DNA from: Lama guanicoe
Lineage: Eukaryota
NCBI GenBank assembly: GCA_013239625.1
Contig: MU056063.1
Location: 5,509,447 to 5,573,446 of the forward strand
DNA length: 64,000 bases
Reading direction: 5' to 3'
Of this stretch, positions 53,539 through 64,000 are shown one piece after another (within the stretch, counting starts at the first letter, position 1; every line of letters starts with the position of its first letter). The notes below the pieces were generated by a model that had not been told where the DNA came from, searched no databases, and saw only the letters and a program-made list of their open reading frames with translations. Made by a program: the position numbers and the translations under genes.

Positions 53539-54382
53539 AGAACTGATTTTTAATCAGGGGCAGGGTAGAATTGCAGAGAACACAAAGAATGCCTGACTGT
53601 CTGGTGCATAGTTGCTGCTGAATAAGTATTTGTTGAATGAATGAAGGAAGACTGCCCACAGCTAAGAACTAGTTTGCCTTGCAGAAGCGGCCGTCTGTCT
53701 TGGTCACCGTGTCCCCCGAGGACCTGAGACAGGGCAGCACTGCCCGACCCTGTGTCTCAGTTTTATTTCCCGGTGGGACTAGTCCTCTCTTTCCCTCTGG
53801 CCCCATGCCCCAGCTGCCGTGTAAGATTCCCGTGAAGGTAAACAAACACGGAAATGCCCGTTGTGACAGACTCACGGGCGCACGTGCCCCTGACACGCCT
53901 TCACTGGGCAGGTGATCACAGTACAGACAGTAAGTGCGCAGAATTGAACAGTTCCGTCTCACTCCCACGTTTCTGCTTTTCCGCGGTAACGCTAGCTGTA
54001 ACAGCGAACAGAGAACGTTCCTGGAGGGCTCAGGGCTCACTGTGTTCCAGGCATCGTGTGACGATGGCCTTTAGGCAGCGTCCAATTTACTGCTCAAAGC
54101 AACCGCATGAAAATAAAATGATTTTCATTGTCGTCTTATAGATGGGGTAGGAACCTAAGCTGTTCACCCCTTTAGGGCTTTGAGCCAGCATTTAGCTCTG
54201 ATTTATGAGGCCTTCCCGTGTCCCTTTGAAGCGGTATTCTTGTTGCTCTTGTCCACCTTACGTTTTGCTGTGTTTAAGCGGGGGGTTCGGGCCGTGTCGA
54301 GGCCTCATAACCAGGTGTCTGGACTGCTTGAGGTAAAGCGGGTCAGTCAGACGATGGGCAGAGCGTGTGGTGTCACGGGTGA

Positions 54383-54520
<138 letters not shown>

Positions 54521-56977
54521 TAAGCTGTGTGTGCTTTCTTGTCGTTCTTGTTCTTTTCCTGTAAAAGAAAGATGTTCCTTTTTAGTTTTACTTCAAGACA
54601 AAATCCTTGCCATTCTGATTGCCCAGGAACACGAGCCGGTGCTCCAAGACGCCAGTTAAAAAGAGTATTGGTTTATTTTTTTAATGTATTTTTTTCTTGA
54701 TAAATTGTCCTCGAATTATAAAATGGTAACAAGTGACTGTATGAAACACCAGAATGTGGTTCGAGAAAAAAGTTCCGTTGTAATGTTTAAGCACACTTTC
54801 AGTGTCATGTATTTCTAAACATGTTTACATTAAACAGCAGAGCTGTCTCGACTTAAAGTTCCTCAGTGGAAATAGCATTTTAAAATCCACGGAGGCGTTC
54901 ACTGTAATCATTGCAGGACACTGAATTCGAGGTGCCCGTTTTCGTCCCGGCAGACTGCGTCGGAGGAGTGGCCCTCTTCCCGGGCTGCCCCTTCCTCGTG
55001 CATTTGCTAAACAGGAGCTGATCCCGGCGGAGGGAGGTGGTGGTGACGCCCCTGGCGAGGGCGGGAAGACTTGCAGCAGCGTGGGGAGGTGCTGCTTTGG
55101 TCTGGTTCTAACACCTTGGAGGGAGAGGCAGTGCTTTGTTTTTTGCCTGAGAGTTTCACCCACTTGCTGTCCCCTGAGAGCTTTTCTGTTCCCTTCCTGT
55201 CGGTCCCTGTGTGCGCGGGCTCTCCTCCCTCCTTGCCTGTCCCTGCTTCCTGCGCTCGGCTGTCTGTCTGTCTTACCTGCTGTGGACTTTTTCCCTTTCT
55301 GAAACTATTCTCACTGTTCTCACCAGTTTTCCAGTTAGTGTTGTCTCCTCTGAGGTTCCTGCCTCTAATTCTGAAATGGGCTCAGGACCTCCACTTCGGG
55401 CCTCCTTCTCTTCTGGACGCGGTCTTCTAGCTGTTCGTCTGCTCTGTTCCACTTGGTGGCTCACCTTCTGATGTTCTGGAGTCCTTCCTGTCCGTGGGTG
55501 TGGACGTGCCCACCGTGGTTTCCCTCCTGTTTCCTTCACGCTCCTCCCTGTGCTCTGCTGAGCACCGCTCTCCATCCTTCCCCGCCTTTGTCTGCTGGCA
55601 GGATTCTCCCCCTCCTTTATCCTGTCTTTGACCACATTCAGCTCCAGGTAACTGAGGTGGTCTGGTTCTGCCAGTTCTCGGAGAGGTTCTTTAAGGCTTT
55701 ACAGTTGCAATGGTTTTAGCTCCAGCTGGTCTCCTGTATTAAAACGTGGTAAATGGTGGGCTTCCCTGGGTGGCCGGCCCTGGAAACCAGACGTGGGCTG
55801 GGTAGTGGGTATCGCCAGGGAGTCCGCGCAGGGCTGGGGGGCGCTTTATTAAACAGCACTCACTTTCCCCTTTCTCTCTCTGTTGGATTTTATTATGCTC
55901 CACCTTCAGGGTATTTTGCAACTTATACATCTAGTCCGTTGGCCCACTCTGATGATTCTGTCCATTACTGCAGTTTTGGATTCGCTGTGTGTACGGTACA
56001 CGAAGCAGGGAGACGGACACGATGACGGTAGACTCTTCCCGTCTTCTTCCACCAAACTGGCTCTGATTCTGCTGGATTAGTGCATCCTCACCAGTTTACA
56101 TCATTGCCTGGTTTTACCTAAGCATCCTAAAGGGTTGGGAGGGTTACAGTCACAGAGTCCTGTCCTGTTCACCCGATGTAGTTTTTACCACTGTTTTTGG
56201 AGAAGGGGCGTTTGAAAGATGATCAGTGAACTCTCTTCCAGCAGAATATGGTTGTTGATTTTAAAGACTATATAGATGGCACACGAGAAGCCATCTGGAG
56301 TTTTTTAAACTCAGGGCTCCAACCTTAGTTTCTGGTTTGTTTGGTCTGAGGAGTGACGTGGGCATTTATAGTTTTAATAAACTCCCAAATCACCCTGTGG
56401 GCAGTGGGGCTTGGGGGTCTCTGTGTTAGAGCATTCTGCCACAACTGTGTGGAATCTTCCACGTTCCTCTTTAACCACAGAGTAAGTAGCAGCCTGTGTG
56501 AGTGGCTGTGTGGGCCCTTTTCTGAGCTGACCCGAACCTCTTTTTGTATCTGTCTGCTTTTCACACTCACATCAGGAAACGATTCATCATTCCCTAGTGC
56601 TCCGCTGCCTCATCTGTGATGTCCCTGTCACTCCGGGGTGATGGCTCCTCTCCCCCGTCTTGGAACGTCTCGTGCCCTCCTTTTCCTTGATGTCTCGCCC
56701 CATCCACTGTCGCTGTGGTTCCTTTTCCTTCCTCTCTAAGTGTGACTGCACGTCCGCTGTTGTGTGTGTGTGTGCATTTCCTCCCTTTATCTCCTGTGTG
56801 CTGTCTCTCACAGAGCCGAGTGTACATGTTAGTCGTTGATGCATAAATGTCTGTTGAATAGAACAGAAATAGTAAGTTTGAATAAAATAGAAGACAATAG
56901 AAGTGATTCCTCAGAGCAGTGAGATAATTGGAAAGAACTGAGCTAATTTTCTCAATCACATTTTTAAAGACCAAATA

Positions 56978-57200
56978 ACTCATTCATTCAACAAAAATTT
57001 ATTCCACACCTAACTACTGTAGTCTGCCTGCTCAGAGCTGGGCATTGCCGACAAGCTGAAAAGTAGGAACCAGGCCTGACCTGTACTGTTCAGTCCGGGG
57101 GGAGACAGACACATGAGCGTGAAACGTGCAGGGTGTTTCAGGCAGGCAGCCCCAGGGGGAAGGCTCCCAGAGAGAAGATGCCTGAGCTGAGTCTCAGATC
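56978..57200 (-). mobile_element. L2 LINE 3' end, antisense
   Basis: cattcattcaacaaaaatttatt...ggggagacagaca matches the antisense L2 tail. Confidence 0.55.
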
Positions 57201-57362
57201 GGGTGAGGGACGGTGTCGTGGCCAAGGCTAGTGAGGGGTCATCATGAGCCAGAGATGGGGAAACAGGGGAGTCAGGGGGCTGCAGGGTCAGTGTGACCCT
57301 GCAGTAGAGCCATCGCCCCCCACACTGTCGTTTCTACCTCTGCGTTCAGCAGAGGAAACTGA

Positions 57363-58385
<1,023 letters not shown>

Positions 58386-60061
58386 TGACCTTCTTGTCCC
58401 ATGAAGTCTCACCATGACTTTACAGAACAGCATTGGAGAACTGGTGTCCCACTAATGAGCTTTATTGGACAGTCAAATTTCAAGGCCAAAGAAGAAACTA
58501 AAAAGAACAAGTTCAAGGAGTAAATAGTTGGTCGGAGGCATCTTTGGAGGCCTGTGCTGAGCTTTTTCCCAGAGTCGTTTCCGACTAGACACAAGTGTGG
58601 TACTCAGAGTTAACTCATCACTGATGGTCATCAGAACTTCTTTGCTCTCTAATACATTTGACCATGAAAGTAATTAAGCTTCATACACTAAGCTATGTAC
58701 TTGTAATAAAGTGAACTAAAGTTTGAGAACGAAAGAAAGCTTTTTTTGGGACAAGGTTATTTGCATATTGGATCATTTTCCCACTGCTTTTTAAATAATA
58801 GCAGACAGTCCTGGAGCGCTGACTCCGATCGGGCTCATGGCACCTCGCGTATCCCCATCACCCGTGACCCCCGCAGGTGTGGGCAGGGGAGCCCTCCACC
58901 TTCCTTCCCTGTCTTCAGGTCATGGTGACAGAAGAGCCTCTTTGCCTTCGTTCACCTTCCCCATACCTCTTGCCAATCGCTGAGTTCATAGTACAGAAGT
59001 TTAAATATGTGAGTACCTATTTAAAGGATTCCTGGGATTATTTAGGTTGGAATTTCCCTGGGAAGCTAGCCTATTTTTGAGTTCTTTAAAATTACATAGT
59101 TTTGATTTCCTAGCATAGGAAAGAACTGATGTCAGGCGTAAAGACATAAATACACGTAAAAGATATTGCCAGCTGTGTACAGTATAGACTGAGCCATCTT
59201 TTAAGTTCTCAGGCCCGTTTTTCTTACCAGGAAGCCGATTTTCCTTAGGCATCTCTGAAGACGTACATATCTCTGGAAGAAGTTAGAGATGTGTGCTTTG
59301 TTTATGAATTGATAAGTCCCTTCAGCCTGTTCGGCCCTGATTGCTCCCTGGAGTGAAAGGGCTCGCTGTGAGTCAGGTACTCACGCTGAGGGCAGGGCCC
59401 AGTGAAGCGGGCTGCTGCTCCTGGGGAGACGTCGTAAAACCTGTTGAAGCGCAAGTACGTTGTTCACGCTGAAGCTGCTTGGTTCTGGTCTAAGAGCGGC
59501 TTTTGGCTCCTGCTTTAGCTGTGCTGTTTAATCGGGTTTTCCCCGGTTCCTCCTTTATGATTTGTGGGAATGTGGAGCTAGGTTTTCCTGCCCTGAGTAC
59601 CTACCCAGGGCTTCACCCTGTCTCAGCCCAGAGACTTTTGTCTCTGCTGTCCTCTAAGGCGAGCCCTGAGAGCTGAAAATAACCGAATACATTCTGTCAT
59701 TGCCTTAGCACGGGCCGTTACATCTCTCTCTTGAGTGCGGGCGCCAGAGTGGACTGTTGGCTGCGCCGCTGGGCCGCTGTCCTCGTGTGTCCGGGGCCCT
59801 GCGGCCCCTCGCCTGTGCCCCGCCAGGGCTCGTCCGGAGCACAGCGGAGTCCGCTCTCCTGGGGGGAGTGAGGCTGGCCCAGGGCGTGCCCGCCGCCACG
59901 GCGGGAACCTGGTGGCACGCTCTCCTCCCCCCAAGTCCTCTGCACGCGTTGTATTTTCTAGAAGGGTATCTGGTTTATTGTCAGCGGCTGTGCCCTCGGG
60001 GATGCTCCTGTCTGTGCAGGAGTTGGTTTGTGCCCCAGTTGTCTTGTCGTCTTGTTCACAG

Positions 60062-60134
60062 ATGAGACTGAGTACGAGTACAGCGGGAGTGAGGAGGAGG
60101 AGGAGGAGGTGCCGGAGCAGGAGGGGGAGCCCAG
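60062..60134 (+). CDS. MAP4K4: MAP4K4 exon 11 (73 nt, phase 1/2): (D)ETEYEYSGSEEEEEEVPEQEGEP(S)
   Basis: Acceptor tcttgttcacag|AT, donor CAG|gtaagg; conserved YEYSGSEEE acidic linker. Confidence 0.96.
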
Positions 60135-61488
60135 GTAAGGCCGCTGCCGCCACCCGCACCCTGCTTCCCAGAGAGACTGTCGCACGGTGATGCCCGTGGA
60201 GAATGAAGGAGCCATAAATGGCTTTGAAAGTGTCTTAGTATCTTAGTATCTCCCGTTCTTCTACTCTTTGAAAGATCCCTGTAGACACTTTCTTTCTTGA
60301 GCCTCTGCCCCAGTGGCTCTGTACCGAGACTGCACTGCCTCCTCTCCCCCAGGCATTTGGAAACACTCAGGCTGTGTCTAGCCCCGGGGAAGGGGGCTTG
60401 CCCCTGGCATTGCCCCAGGAAGTGTCTGGTGGCACGTGAACAGTCCTGCATGCACAGCTGTCCTGCTCCCAGGCCAGCAGGGCCTCGGCTGGCACCGCCT
60501 CAGTCCTTCCCCAGACACATTTGTCTCTGGGCTTGTCTGGCTCCCCCTCCAGTGCAGCTCTAGCATCTCACGTCCTCTGTTGGGGTGCATTCTGTCCTGA
60601 CCCATTTTATAGTCCATGTTCTGGGCATCTCTGGCTCCCCAAGGCCCAGTTGGATCGCACGAACCTCACAGTGACTCATTAATCAGGGAAGAGAGGATCT
60701 AACACTTAATGACGGTCTTGCACGCAACGGACCCACTGGACAGGGGAAGAATGGGGGGGACCCTGTGCAGGGAGTTTGGAGAAAGTGTATCAAGAGTGAA
60801 GAGAGTTTATCGAAAAAAAACTCTGTATTCTCTTCTTATGTACAAGATTTGAGCCCACCTGGGGCTAAAGGTTTTAGCGTAGTTTGAGCTGACTTCATGA
60901 GTGGTGTCGTTGTTTGGGGTTAGGAGTATGATGTAATGGAAGAGGCAACTTGGGGAGACTTATTTGCTGCGTTGTTCTGGGTGTTTGGGGAGCGGAGAAG
61001 CAGCTTTCTGCTCAGGGCGATGCTGATTAATTTATCTGTATGGCAACTCATACCTGGGACCCAGTTGGGCTCAGCCGCTGACCCTGGAAAGGAGAGTGGG
61101 AGGGAAAACGTGACAGGACGTGGGGGACCAGACGAAGACGATGAGGGGCAGGTTCCTCCGATACTGGTGCCGGCCGACCTGGAACTCACTGCTGCTTTTA
61201 CTGATGGGAGGTCAGGTGGTCGGAGAGGGACCGATGACGTGCAGAAGGAGGCGACCTCAGCTCTTCCCCATCCACAGTGTGAGCTGATGTGAGAATCCTC
61301 AGTAGCGATGTCTTGTCAAACATCCGGGACAGGGTTGAGGTATTTATGAAACAGATAAGACAAGATGTGATGCTGTTGAATTGTCGAGACGGTCATTCCC
61401 GTGGATTTATAGGGGGAGCTCGTCAGGAGGGTGACAGTAGGAAAGGGGGCACCGGCCCCGCACCCCTGACAGCCCCATCCCCCTGCAG

Positions 61489-61699
61489 CTCCATCGTCAA
61501 CGTGCCCGGCGAGTCCACGCTCCGTCGGGACTTCCTGCGGCTGCAGCAGGAGAACAAGGAGCGCTCGGAGGCCCTGCGGAGGCAGCAGCTTCTGCAGGAG
61601 CAGCAGCTCCGGGAGCAGGAGGAGTACAAGCGGCAGCTGCTGGCCGAGAGGCAGAAGCGCATCGAGCAGCAGAAGGAGCAGAGGCGGCGGCTGGAGGAG
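61489..61699 (+). CDS. MAP4K4: MAP4K4 exon 12 (211 nt, phase 2/0): (S)[70 protein letters not shown]
   Basis: Acceptor ccccatccccctgcag|C with branch-like ccctgac upstream, donor GAG|gtagcg; start of the coiled coil; within ORF 61289..62302. Confidence 0.96.
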
Positions 61700-64000
61700 G
61701 TAGCGGGGGCGTCTGGGTGGGTCCTTGCTCTCTCTCCGCACGGGGGGCCGGACACCCAAAGGCCGACTTCTGTGGGCTCCCGAGGCTCAGTTGTCCAGGT
61801 CACTCCCGGAGGGATGCCTGCGCCTTGGCACCGACAGGGCTTCACAGTCCAGGAGGCCTTGGAAGTATCTTCCTTGCTTGTGAAAATGCCCCGGACCAGC
61901 CCCTCAGTGGCTCCCATTGCTGGTGGGGGCCTGGAGGCTGCGGCCCCCCGCCCGGCGGAGGCCCTGCCCGCAGGGGTCGGAAGTGGCCGGGCCAGGCCCG
62001 GCCTCCTTCCCTTCCGCTCTCGGCCTCTGCGCCCAAGTGTGTGTGTCCGTATTTTTCTGGAACTTCAGACTTTTTCACAGGAAAACCATTTTTCTTCAGA
62101 TAACTTTAGGTACATGCAAGAGGAAGGGTTGAAGAAAAGAATGACGTTGGGTGTAATACAGATGCTGCTCTGTGGTCTGGTTATTAATGTGGGATTAGTT
62201 ATCTGTGTGGGGGCAGCACAGTTTGTAACACTAAAGACATTGGTAGCGTGGTTACCCACAGCTTTTTCGTTTTTAATTCACAGCGACATTATTTCCCTAT
62301 AGTTCACTTGGGGCTCAAAAGTTTTCTTTTGATTTTCTTTTCGTGACTGCCTTTTACTGTGTGTTTCACAGCTCCAGGTTTCTCACTCGTAATAGTTTGT
62401 TTCTATTTAATTCATGCATCTTACTGTTTCGCCTTTGTCTTTAATGCCAGAAAAATACCCCGAACAACAGCAAAGGCAGGTGTGTTACTGGTACAGTGCT
62501 TTTCCCCAGGCTACTTAAGGGCACCTTTTGTGGGGAGAGTCTTTGTTTTTGTGTGTTTACACTCTGAATTCTGACACCTTCACCCCTTGCCCCTAGTTTA
62601 GGAAACTGTGTCTGTCCGTCCAGCAAGGAGACTGGAAGTGCCCGGCGGGGCTGGTGGCGGAGAGCGTAGGGCACAGCCTGCCCCGAGGAAGGGCAGCGCT
62701 GCTGTGTGTATAACCCTCTTTGCAGTTTATTTACAAACTCTTCTATAATATTTTAAGGGCTGTTTTCAGTGATCTTCAAACACAGCAGAATCCCCGAATG
62801 GTTCCAGGGTTTGTCAGGCTGTCCGTGGACCACTTGGACTTAGTACATGAGGCTGCTTGAGTTTTGAGGCTTCGGCTGTTTCTGGTTGCCTTTTCCCCCC
62901 GTTAGTTTGTTTTTTTCACCTTCTTTTTCCCCTGGTTGCTGCTTTATGTGGTATTTCCCACCATCCTGTCTAACCCTGGGCTGTACTTTCCTTAGTCTCC
63001 TGATGCAGTTAGTTTGGTGACTTACAACTCGAAGGGCCGGGTCAGCTGGAGCTTTGTAATGTAGGTCCTGGAAGCTGTTCGCAGGCCAAGTGACCGTGGG
63101 GCATGTGTCCATCATCCAGGCTCTGGACACAGGCAGGCAGCGGGGGGAGGTGATGAGGATTCCAGAGTTAGGCCAGTGATGGCTCAAGGAAAGGAACTGA
63201 GGTTAAAGCCATTTGTCCTGTCAGCTCAGGACAGGCGAGAATCAGAATCATCAACTAAGTGAGATCTTGGCACTTGACTCTTTTCAGTCAGCCCTTTAAT
63301 TCCAGCTTCTCAATAAAAGTTCAGACTCACAGTCACCTTTTTACCTCCTAATCAGTGAGGATGGAGCCAGGTCCTGAAATGGTGTTGCATGAACAGAGCC
63401 CACGGGCCTGGATTCTTGGTGACCCAGTGCCTTTTACTGGCCTGGTTATTAAACATTGCCTGCACCCTAGGTCCCAGGAGGTAATTTGGGAATATCTGAG
63501 CCATGAATGATTTGTCACCCTTTACTGGCACTAAAGTTTTGGGGAATAGGGATTCCTTTTGTTATTCACAAAGATAAGAGTGGTCAGCTGCGCTCACGGG
63601 GTAAGTGGCGCTTCCACCCGAAGGGCTGTGACAACTTTCTGTCAGTGGTGGGCGAGGACAGGTCCCCGAGCCGAGGCTGCGGGAAGCCGGGCAGGCGCTC
63701 CTTCCTCGGAAAGTGCCGCACAGTCAGGACCGTCTCTGCGCCCCACTCCTGGTTCAGAGCCTCTGCCGGTGAGGGTGAGTGCCCTGTGCCTCGCGGGCCC
63801 TTCGCCTGGGACAGGTCGCCTGCGCACGGATGCCCTCCCCTCTTCCTTGGTGCTCCTTGGAACTGGCAGCTGCTGGGATCTCTCTCCTTTGTTCCCTCTG
63901 CTTCCTCTTCCTGGACGCCTGTGAACTGGGGGAAGTCCTTGCAGAAACTGTTGGGTCTATCTCCCGGTTTTGCTGAGGATGGCGCTTCTGTTTTCCGCTT

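Noticed and set aside
61316-61917. Leu/Ser/Cys-rich minus-strand ORFs
   Set aside because: Antisense shadows of the GC3-rich, CAG/GAG-rich exon 12.

Overview
Mammalian genomic DNA, not prokaryotic. The whole window lies inside one + strand gene, MAP4K4 (HGK/NIK, a GCK-IV/Ste20-family kinase). Ten coding exons (exons 3-12 by human numbering, 1110 nt, about residues 42-411) splice at GT-AG sites with consistent phases into one open frame. That frame covers the kinase domain from just after the Gly-rich loop (VAIK-type Lys, HRD, DFG and APE intact), the acidic linker and the start of the coiled coil. Exons 1-2 and the 3' exons (CNH domain) are outside the window. Three copies of a tRNA-Ala-derived SINE resembling the camelid Vic-1 family suggest a camel/llama/alpaca genome. 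The introns hold old L1, L2, MIR and LTR fragments, microsatellites and one 146-nt N gap. Almost all ORF-track entries are spurious intronic frames. I found no convincing novel multi-gene system. The best leads are isoform and evolution hypotheses: two candidate phase-0 alternative first exons in intron 3 that would delete the catalytic Lys; a well-formed intronic poly(A) signal after an open read-through of intron 10 (kinase-only isoform); inverted SINEs bracketing exons 5-8 (circRNA); and a sharp exon-to-exon GC3 mosaic with two AT-to-GC amino-acid changes. Repeat-family calls and human/paralogue residue comparisons are from memory and need database confirmation; repeat boundaries are approximate.
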